Below are positions 1-8,377 of a DNA stretch of 64,000 bases, piece by piece (within the stretch, counting starts at the first letter, position 1; each line of letters begins with the position of its first letter). Made by a program: the position numbers and the translations under genes. The stretch lies in the NCBI GenBank assembly GCA_017938795.1, contig JAGBAV010000037.1, forward strand, positions 4,305-68,304, written 5' to 3'. The notes under the pieces were generated by a model. That model saw only the letters and a list, made by a program, of their open reading frames with translations. It did not search any database and had not been told where the DNA came from. Source of the stretch: Clostridia bacterium (lineage in GTDB: Bacteria > Bacillota > Clostridia > Christensenellales > Aristaeellaceae).

Positions 1-1308
1 CGGAAGGCGGCGGCGGGCCTGTGCGCGCTGCTGGTCGCCGGGTTCTTTGCGGCGGCGCTGGCGCTCTGCTCCGCGATGGAGGGCGCCGTGGTGATCGCGC
101 TGTGCGGCGCGGCGGGGCTTGCGATTCTGCTGGCGGCCGCGTATGGCCCGCTGATGCGGGAGAAGGCGCCGGTCATCCTCTGGCTGTGCGTCGGGCTGGT
201 GGCGATGATGGCTGTCGCTGCGCATCTGGCGATGCTGGACGTCAAGCCCGGGCGCTATGGGAAGCTGATCGCGCCGCTGCTTGAGAATATGTGGAACTAT
301 GGGCTCACGACCGCCATGGCGTGGGACGAGCATGCATGGTCGGGCGGCTATCTGATTGTCTGCGGCCTGCTCTCCCGGGTGGAGAATTTCTCTGCGCTGT
401 ATGCGGTGAAGCTCTTTGACATGATCTGCCAGTGCGCCTGTGCGGCGGCTGTCGCGCGGATCGCGCAGATGCGCGGGGCGAAGACCCCGGGGATCATCGC
501 CGGGATGCTGGCCTGCGTGCTCGCCCCGACGATGCTCTTCAATGCCGGCTGCTGGGCGCAGTGCGATGCGACCTTCGCCGCGCTGACGCTGTGGGGGCTG
601 GCGCTGGCGCTTGACGATCATCCGCTGGCGGGCAGCGTGCTGCTGGGCATGGCGCTGGCGACGAAGCTGCAGAGCGCGTTCGTCTTCCCCGTGCTGCTCG
701 TGCTGTTCATGCTCAGGCGATTCCAGCTGCGCCACTTTGCGGTAATCGCCGCGGCCTTTGTGGCGGCGCAGGTGTCGATTCTGCTGGACGGATACACGCT
801 GGCGGAGCTCTTTGGCCGCTATAATCTGCAGATTGAGATGGCGGCGGAGGAGTATGGCCTCGCCGATCACGCGGCGGGCGTGTATGGCCTGATGAAGACG
901 GCGTCTGTGCGCGAGTTCAGCGGCCTTGGCCTGTACATCGGCATTGCCTGCGCGCTGCTGGTTGTGCTGGCGCTGCTGCGCTGCCGCACGGAGATGACCA
1001 ACGACACCCTGCTGCTGGGCGCGCTGCTGCTTGCTGCCGGCCTGCCGCTGGTGCTGCCGCAGATGAATGCGCGCTGCCTGTATCTGGCGGGCATGCTGGC
1101 CTTCGCAATGGCGGGCACGCCGCGCAGGATGATCGCCGCTGCGCTGCTGGAGCTGGTCTCCTTCTGCTGCTATATGGCTGCGATCTTCAATTTCGCTGTG
1201 CTGGATATCACGGTGCTGAGCCTGCTGGCGATCGCTGCGGCCTGCCTGATTGCGCTGGAGCTGATCGATGCGATCCGCGGCGCGGGGGATAAGGAGGCTT
1301 GCGCATGA
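1..1308 (+). CDS. polytopic integral membrane protein, GT-C-like glycosyltransferase fold (5' end probably outside window)
   Basis: ORF 76..1308, but the frame stays open back to nt 1 (RKAAAGLCALLVAGFF...). Many hydrophobic helices. Shares the block QCDATFAALTLWGLALAL...ATKLQSAFVFPVLLVL with the next gene. Confidence 0.55.
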   Translation, partial: RKAAAGLCALLVAGFFAAALALCSAMEGAVVIALCGAAGLAILLAAAYGPLMREKAPVILWLCVGLVAMMAVAAHLAMLDVKPGRYGKLIAPLLENMWNYGLTTAMAWDEHAWSGGYLIVCGLLSRVENFSALYAVKLFDMICQCACAAAVARIAQMRGAKTPGIIAGMLACVLAPTMLFNAGCWAQCDATFAALTLWGLALALDDHPLAGSVLLGMALATKLQSAFVFPVLLVLFMLRRFQLRHFAVIAAAFVAAQVSILLDGYTLAELFGRYNLQIEMAAEEYGLADHAAGVYGLMKTASVREFSGLGLYIGIACALLVVLALLRCRTEMTNDTLLLGALLLAAGLPLVLPQMNARCLYLAGMLAFAMAGTPRRMIAAALLELVSFCCYMAAIFNFAVLDITVLSLLAIAAACLIALELIDAIRGAGDKEACA

Positions 1309-2657
1309 GCGGACGGCGGCTGACGCCCCATGCTGATGCGCTGGATGAACGGCTGCGCGCGCTGCTGCTTTCCCCCGTCGGTCGGCTGTGCGGGTATGGC
1401 GCGGCGGCGATGACGGCTGCGGCCTTCCTGCTGCTGATGATGATGCGCACGTTTGTGCGGCTTCAGGGCGCGGGCATGGCGCTGCGCCTTGGCAGCGTGC
1501 TGCTGCTCTCGCTGCCTGCTCTGCTTTCGGCGCTTGCCGCCGTGCAGATCGTGCGTGCGCGGGGCGGCAGTCTGCTGGATGCGCTGCTTGGCTGCGCGCT
1601 GTGCGGCGCTGCGCTGCTGGCGCGGGTCAGCTTCATCGAGCGCTCCGCGGGCGACTATGACATCTACCTCGCCAAATGGATCGAGCTGCTGGCAGGGCAG
1701 AGCTTCGCCGGCAGTATGCGCGGGAGCGTGGGCGAATACAATGTGCTCTACCAGTATATCCTTTATCTGATTACCCGGCTGCCGGTCGTGCCGCTGTATG
1801 CGGTGAAGGCGGTCTCCTTCATGGGGGATGCGATGCTCGCCGCCGGCATGGCGCGCCTTTGCGCAAGGGACGGGAAGCCGTCGATGGCTGCGTTTGCCGC
1901 GGCGCTGCTGCTGCCCGCCGCCGTGCTCAATGGCGGCATGTTCGCCCAGTGCGACAGCCTGTATGCGGGCTGCGCCGTCTGGGCGCTTGCGCTTTCGCTG
2001 GAGGGGCGGCATACGCGCAGCGCGGTCTGTTTTGCGCTGTCGCTCTGCTTCAAGCTGCAGGCGGTGTTCCTGCTGCCGATGGTCGTGGTGCTCTGGGCAG
2101 GACGCAGGCTGAGGCTTGCGGACGCCGGTGTATTCCTCCTGACGATTCTTGCCGTCATGCTGCCCGCGCTGCTGGCGGGCAAGAGCCCCGCTGCGATCCT
2201 TCAGATCTATACGGCGCAGACCGGGCTGTATACCGGGCTGACCTACAGCGCGCCGAGCCTGTTCGGGCTGATTGCCACGGAAGGACTGGACGTCTATGCC
2301 TACGGCAACTTCGGCATGGCGCTGGCCTTTGGCGCGTGCCTTGCGCTGCTGGCATATGGCGCGGCGCATGCGCAGCAGATGAATGAGGATGATCATGTTC
2401 GCCTTGGCTTTCTGCTGGTGACGGCGATTGTCTTCCTGCTCCCGCGGATGCACGATCGCTACTTCTACCTTGCGGATATGCTGGCCGCCGCGCTGGCCTG
2501 CAGGGACAGGCGGTATGCGCCGGCTGCCGTGATGATGGCGCTTGCCTCGCTCTCGACGCTCTGGCTGACGCCGGTTCCGCTGTGGGGCGCTGCGCTTCTG
2601 GTGCTCGCTGGATGGACGTGGGTCTGCGCAGCTGGCACACGCCGGGAGGAAAATTGA
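1305..2657 (+). CDS. polytopic integral membrane protein, paralog of the upstream gene (GT-C-like)
   Basis: AAGGAGG at 1291-1297, then ATG 1305 overlapping the upstream stop (ATGA). Block QCDSLYAGCAVWALALSL...CFKLQAVFLLPMVVVL parallels gene 1. Multi-TM protein. Confidence 0.6.
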   Translation: MSGRRLTPHADALDERLRALLLSPVGRLCGYGAAAMTAAAFLLLMMMRTFVRLQGAGMALRLGSVLLLSLPALLSALAAVQIVRARGGSLLDALLGCALCGAALLARVSFIERSAGDYDIYLAKWIELLAGQSFAGSMRGSVGEYNVLYQYILYLITRLPVVPLYAVKAVSFMGDAMLAAGMARLCARDGKPSMAAFAAALLLPAAVLNGGMFAQCDSLYAGCAVWALALSLEGRHTRSAVCFALSLCFKLQAVFLLPMVVVLWAGRRLRLADAGVFLLTILAVMLPALLAGKSPAAILQIYTAQTGLYTGLTYSAPSLFGLIATEGLDVYAYGNFGMALAFGACLALLAYGAAHAQQMNEDDHVRLGFLLVTAIVFLLPRMHDRYFYLADMLAAALACRDRRYAPAAVMMALASLSTLWLTPVPLWGAALLVLAGWTWVCAAGTRREEN

Positions 2658-2746
2658 CGGCGGACAGGTATTCCCTTGACAGTTTGTTTATGATATACTG
2701 ATAACAGAAGAGAAACTTTCGTCATGCACGGATCGGAGGATGCGAT

Positions 2747-3403
2747 ATGAACAGAGATCAGATGCTCACGTTTCTGAAGAACGAAGCGAAGGGCATTGCT
2801 GCGATGTTTGGACCGAACTGCGAAACCCTGGTACATGACATGACCCGGCACGGGCATCCGATCCTTGCGATCTACAACGGCTCCGTCACCGGGCGGGATG
2901 TGGGCTCGACAGCCGATATCTTCGGCGACATCGGCGACTATGACGAGACCGTCTATGAGAAGAAGGATTATGTCAATCAGCTCGTCCTCTCCCGGGACGG
3001 GCGCACGTTCAAGAGCTCAACCTTCAATATCGTCGGGCCGGATTATCATTTTGCGCTGGGCATCAACATGGATATCACGCATATGGTGCGCGCCACGCAG
3101 ATGCTCAGCGAGATGACTGCCACCAGCGGCGATCTGCAGCAGACGCTCATGCAGGATGCGAGGAGCCAGCTGGAGGAGATGCTGCGCGAATGCGTCAGCG
3201 CCGTGGGCAAGGAGCCCGCCGCGATGAAGAAGACCGACCGTATGCGCGTGATCCGCATGCTCTACAAGCGCCGCGCCTTCACCTACCAGAAGTCCGTGGC
3301 GATCGTCTCCGAGCAGCTGGGCGTCTCGCGCTATACGATCTATAAGTACATGCATGAGCTGGAGGAGGCCGAGGCCGCCGGCAGCATCGTGGATGACAAC
3401 TGA
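2747..3403 (+). CDS. YheO-like PAS domain / C-terminal HTH transcriptional regulator
   Basis: 218 aa. The N-terminal part (ETLVHD...PILAIYNGSVTGR) is typical of the YheO-like sensor. C-terminal HTH: VAIVSEQLGVSRYTIYKYM. Confidence 0.7.
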   Translation: MNRDQMLTFLKNEAKGIAAMFGPNCETLVHDMTRHGHPILAIYNGSVTGRDVGSTADIFGDIGDYDETVYEKKDYVNQLVLSRDGRTFKSSTFNIVGPDYHFALGINMDITHMVRATQMLSEMTATSGDLQQTLMQDARSQLEEMLRECVSAVGKEPAAMKKTDRMRVIRMLYKRRAFTYQKSVAIVSEQLGVSRYTIYKYMHELEEAEAAGSIVDDN

Positions 3404-3421
3404 CCGCAGATTGACAAAATG

Positions 3422-3466
3422 AAAAAAACAGCAGCCTGCTCTCCGGGATGGAGGGCGGGCTGCTGT
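3422..3466 (-). terminator. intrinsic terminator downstream of the DUF1273 gene
   Basis: Arms acagcagcc (3428-3436) and ggctgctgt (3458-3466). A7 run on + gives a T7 run on the - strand. Confidence 0.7.
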
Positions 3467-3480
3467 TGTATGTGAGCAGA

Positions 3481-3969
3481 TCAATCAGGCTGCAAATTGG
3501 ACTCTTCCCACCAATACAGTGAGGCTGTTGGCTGATAGCAGCCCAGATTGATGATCGGGATGTTCAGCCGCAGTGCATGATCCAGCGGTTCATGGATGGT
3601 GCTTTCGGCATGGCAGACATAGGCGATGATCAGGCGGCTCTGCTCCGCCATCCAGATATTGCGCCGCGGGATGCGCGCCCTGTCTGCATACTGATCAAGG
3701 CAATCCGGACAGAAGGCCTGATCGAATAGTGTGCCTTCATACGGATGCTCCGGAGGATAAGCATAGACACGGCGATGCTGTATATCCGGATATTCCAGCC
3801 GCAGTTCTTTGATTGTATCAGCCGCAAGCGCGTCGAAGGCGCCGTAGCCGCCGTTCCAGAATTCGGTGATGCCGTACTGCTCAATTGCTCTGCGCGCCTG
3901 CTCAAGAAGCGCGGGACGAAGATCCTCCGGGATTTCCCGATGGCCGAAGAAGGTGCATATTTTTTCCAT
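3481..3969 (-). CDS. DUF1273 / SLOG-superfamily (YpsA-like) protein
   Basis: 162 aa. N-terminal MEKICTFFGHREIP... and ...GGYGAFDALAA are characteristic of the DUF1273/YpsA family. GC is lower than the flanks. Confidence 0.7.
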   Translation of the reverse strand: MEKICTFFGHREIPEDLRPALLEQARRAIEQYGITEFWNGGYGAFDALAADTIKELRLEYPDIQHRRVYAYPPEHPYEGTLFDQAFCPDCLDQYADRARIPRRNIWMAEQSRLIIAYVCHAESTIHEPLDHALRLNIPIINLGCYQPTASLYWWEESNLQPD

Positions 3970-4124
3970 GGGAGGCGTATCCTTTCTGACACCGTGTCAT
4001 TGCCTGGTATGATGGGGGATAACGATATTGTAAGGTGCTATACAGCAAATGACAATATAGAAAATTATGAAATCGGGAATGATTCTATATAATCATCTTA
4101 GCAATGCTGAGAGAGGGTATATGG

Positions 4125-4364
4125 ATGATGAGCGAGCAGGAGAGGGACTATGGCTCTGTGGTGATGCGGATCGACGAGATTCTGCAGGAGAGGGGCATCT
4201 CCAAGAACAAGGTCTGCAAGGATCTGGATATTCCAAGACCGAATTTTAACCGGTACTGCAGGGGCGAGTTTCAGCGGATCGATACGGGCCTGCTGAGCAA
4301 GCTCTGCTGGTATCTGAATATCACTCCCGGCGAACTGATTGTGTACCGCAGGCCGGAGGAATGA
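4125..4364 (+). CDS. XRE/Cro-C1 family helix-turn-helix transcriptional regulator
   Basis: GAGAGGG RBS, then ATG 4125. HTH segment ERGISKNKVCKDLDIPRPNFNRYCRGE. Divergent from the DUF1273 gene across an AT-rich spacer. Confidence 0.7.
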   Translation: MMSEQERDYGSVVMRIDEILQERGISKNKVCKDLDIPRPNFNRYCRGEFQRIDTGLLSKLCWYLNITPGELIVYRRPEE

Positions 4365-4373
4365 TTGCATCGT

Positions 4374-4407
4374 GACAGGCTGCCAAAGGATTGGCGGTCT
4401 GTTTTTT
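4374..4407 (+). terminator. intrinsic terminator after the XRE gene
   Basis: 10-bp stem acaggctgcc / ggcggtctgt (two G-U pairs), 8-nt loop, T6 run. Confidence 0.7.
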
Positions 4408-4469
4408 GTTGATAGGATATGCGCAAACAGCAAAAATGAGAACGGTGCGGGTGTGGTAAGCGCGGCTAA

Positions 4470-4716
4470 GGAGTTAGTAGAAGGTGAGGAGAGTCTCTTC
4501 TCGCGGCAGGGGGCGAGGGTTGGGCAGCTGTGAGGCTGCGGCGCTGCCGGGGCAGGGCGGTATATGCGGGTATGGAGTTAGTGGGAGGTGAGGGGAATCT
4601 CCTCTCGCGGCAGGGCGGCGCGAGAGTTGGGCATCTCTGAGGCTGCGGTACTGCCGGTGTGTTGGCGGTATACGCGGGTATGGAATTGGTGGGAGGTGAG
4701 GGGAATCTCCTCTCGC
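4470..4716. repeat. tandem 104-108-bp direct repeats (2 full + 1 partial), each starting with a copy of the ssrA 3' end
   Basis: Units start at 4470, 4574 and 4682. Units 2 and 3 begin ggaRttRgtgggaggtgaggggaatctcctctcgc. This matches ttggtgg-aggtgaggggaatc at the real ssrA 3' end (4848-4868). Confidence 0.8.
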
Positions 4717-4780
4717 ACCTCGACGGTGCTCGGTCAGCCCGGCTCTGAGGCCCCACAGGGGCCTCATTCACTACCGGGCT

Positions 4781-4800
4781 AGGTTCGATTCCCCTCACCT
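4781..4800. repeat. inverted copy of the ssrA T-arm/acceptor 3' segment
   Basis: aggttcgattcccctcacct is the reverse complement (19/20) of aggtgaggggaatcgaaccc at 4854-4873. Confidence 0.8.
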
Positions 4801-4807
4801 TTCAATA

Positions 4808-4850
4808 CCAAATGAAAAAGGATACCCTGAAGGGTATCCTTTTCATTTGG
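4808..4850. terminator. bidirectional hairpin terminator abutting the ssrA 3' end
   Basis: aaatgaaaaaggataccc / tgaa / gggtatccttttcattt (one bulge), with T runs readable on both strands. Confidence 0.75.
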
Positions 4851-5194
4851 TGGAGGTGAGGGGAATCGAACCCCTGTCCGAAAAAGCGACTGCCGGGCTT
4901 TCTCCGAGCGCAGTCTGTGTTTTAACATTCCCTCTCCCAGGCGCCCGCAGACAGGCTCAAGGGTTCAGTAGCTTCATAATGTGACCATACGGCAAAGCTT
5001 AGGCATGGTCATGGCCCGCTAATTGACGCCGGGATCCAGCGCAGCGGGATCGCTGGGCCGACGCGCAGCCTGATTAGGCCGCGAAAGCGTATTCGCTATT
5101 GTCAGTTAATATTTAATTCCCGCTTTTAACGTGGCGCGGGGCCACGGCTCGCTTACCCGACCGCCCACGATCCCGTCGAAACCAGTACACCCCC
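4848..5194 (-). ncRNA. ssrA: tmRNA (transfer-messenger RNA)
   Basis: Minus-strand 5' end GGGGGTGTACTGGTTTCGACGGG. 3' end GGGGTTCGATTCCCCTCACCTCCACCA. Internal tag frame ...GAC AAT AGC GAA TAC GCT TTC GCG GCC TAA (..DNSEYAFAA*). Located immediately downstream of smpB. Confidence 0.93.
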
Positions 5195-5253
5195 GCGAAA
5201 AGCGGATTGCGCACAGGGCCGAAGCGCTGCAGACAACCGGATGAAAAAGATAT

Positions 5254-5724
5254 TTACTTGTTCCTCTCGCGCAGTGCGCGCTGGATCTCGCGCTTGGTAT
5301 CGCGCTCGGCGATGCTGTCGCGCTTGTCATGGAGCTTCTTGCCCTTGCAGACGCCCAGCTCCAGCTTGAACCGGCCATCCTTGAGGTAGACCTGAAGCGG
5401 GATGAGCGAATAGCCCATCTTGCCGGCCTCCTGTGCGAGATGGCGGATCTGGCTCCTGTGCAGCAGCAGACGCTTCTGCCGCAGCGGATCGGTGTTGAAG
5501 ATGTTGCCCTGCTCGTAGGGGCTGATGTGCATACCCACGACGAAGACCTCGCCGTCCTTGACGATGGCGAAGGACTCCTTGAGGTTCATCCTCCCCTGAC
5601 GCATGCTCTTGACCTCGGTGCCCTTGAGCTCCATGCCGCACTCGATGCGCTCCTCGACGAAGTAATCGTGAAACGCCTTTTTGTTCTGCGCCATGGGCTT
5701 GATGCCCTTTGCCCGCGCCATCAC
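5254..5724 (-). CDS. smpB: SsrA-binding protein SmpB
   Basis: 156 aa with NKKAFHDYFVEERIECGMELKGTEVKS...LLLHRSQI...KGKKLHDKR. Canonical SmpB adjacent to ssrA. Confidence 0.95.
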   Translation of the reverse strand: MMARAKGIKPMAQNKKAFHDYFVEERIECGMELKGTEVKSMRQGRMNLKESFAIVKDGEVFVVGMHISPYEQGNIFNTDPLRQKRLLLHRSQIRHLAQEAGKMGYSLIPLQVYLKDGRFKLELGVCKGKKLHDKRDSIAERDTKREIQRALRERNK

Positions 5725-6407
5725 GATCCCTCCTTCGCTTGCTGTACACTATAGTATATCATATTCCGGCCGCTGAATGCAAGCCGTGATCACAGGGAAT
5801 GCGCCCGCAGCGCGTGCATGCGGGCAAGGCGGCAGGAGGACGGCCCTGCCTGCGCAGGCTGCAGAAGGATCGGCTCTGCACCCCGGCGGGATGCATCCGC
5901 ACTCTGATCCCCGTTCTGTTGACCAAAGGGCGGTTCGCATTGCCTTATGCAGGCTGCGCGGACAGGTACGCCGCGTCCGTCATGGAGGGACGCCATGGCA
6001 GGCCGGCACCGACCCCATACAGAGCATCTGACGGTGTAACTCGACGCGGGGTATGTTTGATGAAAACAAATCGTAAATGGGATATCCTCAGATCAGACTA
6101 CCCGGTGGCGACCGCACCTCCATTCCGGAACGGTTGGGGTCGTGAGTAGCAGCGTCACATGGCTGCGGGGCTTGCACCCGGTCCTCGTTTTCGCTTATCT
6201 GTCCTGCTGGATGCGTCGTATCAGATGATGGATGGGGAAGCAGATGACGGCTTGCTGAAGTCTGTTTCCTGCCTGACTTCTGGCGACAGTATACCAGAGC
6301 GGCGGGCGGCGGTCACGGAAAAAAAGATGCGAACCCTGCGCTGATGAAAGGATAGCGCACGCAGGCGCGGGGCAGGGAGGAAAGAGGGATTTCAGGCGTA
6401 TTGCCCG

Positions 6408-6438
6408 CAAAAAAGAGCGCCGGACGATGCCGGCGCTC
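6408..6438 (-). terminator. intrinsic terminator of the phosphoglucomutase gene
   Basis: gagcgccgg / acgatg / ccggcgctc, with an A6 run on + giving a T run on the - strand. Confidence 0.75.
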
Positions 6439-6453
6439 CCGCGGGATATGAGA

Positions 6454-8181
6454 TTACTGCATGATGGCCTTGCAGGCGTCCACAAGCTCGGCGTTCTCCT
6501 TCGCAGAGGCCTCGGCGGAGGCGGCGTTGGTGTTGACGTAGAGCTTGATCTTCGGCTCGGTGCCGGACGGGCGGATGCAGACCCACGCGTCGTTCTCCAG
6601 CTCGAAGTAGAGGACGTCGGATTTGGGCAGACCGGCCGGGGTGACGTCGCCGGTCGCGGCGTCGGTGCGGGTGCCGGCGAGGTAGTCGCGCACGGCGAGG
6701 ACCTTCTTGCCCGCGAGGGCCTTGGGCGCGTCGGCGCGCAGGTTCTTCATGATGGCCTGCATCTTCGCAACGCCGTCCTTGCCCGGCAGGGTGACGGAGA
6801 CGACCTTCTCGACATAGTAGCCATAGGTCTTGTAGATCTCCTGCAGGATGTCGTAGAGGGTCTTGCCCTGGGTCTTGGCCCACGCGGCGGCCTCGGCGAT
6901 GAGCAGGGAGGCGTTGACGCCGTCCTTATCGCGCACGAAGGTGGAGGACAGGAAGCCGTAGCTCTCCTCGAAGCCGAACACGAAGGTGTGATCGCCCTTG
7001 TCCTGGAACTGCTGGATCTTCTCGGCGATCCACTTGAAGCCGGTCAGGGTGTCGAAGCACACCAGACCGAAGCCCGCGGCGATCTTGCGCGCCAGCTCGG
7101 TGGAGACGACGGACTTGACCACGGCGCCGTCGGCGGGCACGGTGCCCAGCGCCTCGCGGCTCTTGAGGATGTAATACAGCAGCACGCAGCCGATCTGGTT
7201 GCCGCTCATCAGGTAATACTTGCCCTCGGTGTCCTTGACGGCGATGCCCACGCGGTCGCAGTCCGGGTCGGTGCCGAAGATGCAGTCCGCGCCGACCTTA
7301 TCGGCGAGCTCCATCGCCATGGCAAAGGCAGCCGGATCCTCCGGATTCGGGACCTTGATGGTGGAGAAGTTCGGGTCCGGGAGCTCCTGCTCCTTGACGA
7401 TGAACACGTTCTCGATGCCGATCTCCGCGAGGATGCGGCGGACGGGCTTGTTGCCGGAGCCGTGCAGCGGGGTGTAGACGATCTTGAGCTCCTTGCCGGC
7501 GGTCTTCATCAGCTCCGGCTGGACGGACAGGGTCTTGACGTCGGCGATGTAGTCGTCGTCGATCTCGGCCTTGCCGATGATCTTGAGCAGGCCGGAGGCG
7601 AGCGCCTTCTCCTCGTCCATCTCCACAGCGTCCTGATAGGAGCACTTGCGGATCGCGGCGAGCACCTGATCGGCGTACTCGGGCGGCATCTGCGCGCCGT
7701 CCTCCCAGTAGACCTTATAGCCGTTGTACTGCGGCGGGTTATGGCTGGCGGTGATGACGATGCCGGCGATGGCATGCAGATGGCGCACCGCATAGGACAG
7801 CACCGGAACCGGGCGCAGCTCGTCAAAGAGGCAGACGTTGATGCCCTCGTTGCACAGGACCAGTGCGGCGGCCTTGGCAAACTCGGGGCTCATGCGGCGG
7901 GAGTCGTACGCGATGACAACGCCGCGCTTGGCATACTCGGGATCCTGGCTGTTGATGTAGTCGGCGAAGCCCTTGGTCGCGCGGCGGACGTTATACAGGT
8001 TCATCCTGTTGGTGCCGGCGCCCAGCACGCCGCGCATGCCGGCGGTGCCGAAGGAAAGCTCGGTATAGAAGCGGTCCTCAATCTCTTTCTCATTGCCTTC
8101 GAGCGCTCGCAGCTCGTCGACCGTCGCCTGATCGTCGGCGAAGTCGCGCAGCCACGCCTCGTACTGCTCACGATACGTCAT
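6454..8181 (-). CDS. phosphoglucomutase / alpha-D-phosphohexomutase family
   Basis: 575 aa. Active-site loop GIVITASHNPPQYNGYKVY. GGAGG RBS upstream. Confidence 0.9.
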   Translation of the reverse strand: MTYREQYEAWLRDFADDQATVDELRALEGNEKEIEDRFYTELSFGTAGMRGVLGAGTNRMNLYNVRRATKGFADYINSQDPEYAKRGVVIAYDSRRMSPEFAKAAALVLCNEGINVCLFDELRPVPVLSYAVRHLHAIAGIVITASHNPPQYNGYKVYWEDGAQMPPEYADQVLAAIRKCSYQDAVEMDEEKALASGLLKIIGKAEIDDDYIADVKTLSVQPELMKTAGKELKIVYTPLHGSGNKPVRRILAEIGIENVFIVKEQELPDPNFSTIKVPNPEDPAAFAMAMELADKVGADCIFGTDPDCDRVGIAVKDTEGKYYLMSGNQIGCVLLYYILKSREALGTVPADGAVVKSVVSTELARKIAAGFGLVCFDTLTGFKWIAEKIQQFQDKGDHTFVFGFEESYGFLSSTFVRDKDGVNASLLIAEAAAWAKTQGKTLYDILQEIYKTYGYYVEKVVSVTLPGKDGVAKMQAIMKNLRADAPKALAGKKVLAVRDYLAGTRTDAATGDVTPAGLPKSDVLYFELENDAWVCIRPSGTEPKIKLYVNTNAASAEASAKENAELVDACKAIMQ

Positions 8182-8377
8182 GGTACATCATCCTCCGTCA
8201 ATAAATGGCTTGTTGACACAAGTCCTATGACTACCATTATAATGCAGATGGCGTGGATTTGAAAAGGGATTTTGTGCGAATTCTTCATATTATCCATCCT
8301 GCGCCCCTTGTTTGCCGGGGAAAAGCTGTGTATAATGGGCGTTGACATGACATCATGTATCCAAGGAGGAAACGGAT

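Noticed and set aside
1170-2453. 427-aa minus-strand ORF overlapping the second membrane-protein gene
   Set aside because: The composition is Arg/His/Gln/Ala-rich and low-complexity, with no motifs. It is antisense to a gene with a clear membrane-protein signal, so it is a typical high-GC shadow ORF.
4466-4798. 97-110-aa minus-strand ORFs and a 64-aa plus-strand ORF across the ssrA-derived repeats
   Set aside because: They only exist because the DNA repeat lacks stops. The translations are repetitive P/R-rich strings, and the region is better explained as att-like repeat DNA.
4470-4800. Possible CRISPR array
   Set aside because: The repeat period is about 105 bp and whole units are homologous (no unique spacers). 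The repeat core is the ssrA 3' end, and no cas genes are present.
5725-6407. RNase P RNA, SRP RNA or 6S RNA in the smpB-pgm gap
   Set aside because: Diagnostic motifs (GGAAAGUCC P4, GGAAGCAGC domain IV) are absent on both strands. 6S cannot be judged by eye, so no RNA gene is called and the gap is only flagged.
6427-8262. 611-aa plus-strand ORF antisense to phosphoglucomutase
   Set aside because: Shadow ORF. It is dominated by G/L/A/V/D/R runs, while the opposite strand carries the TASHNP active site and a proper RBS.
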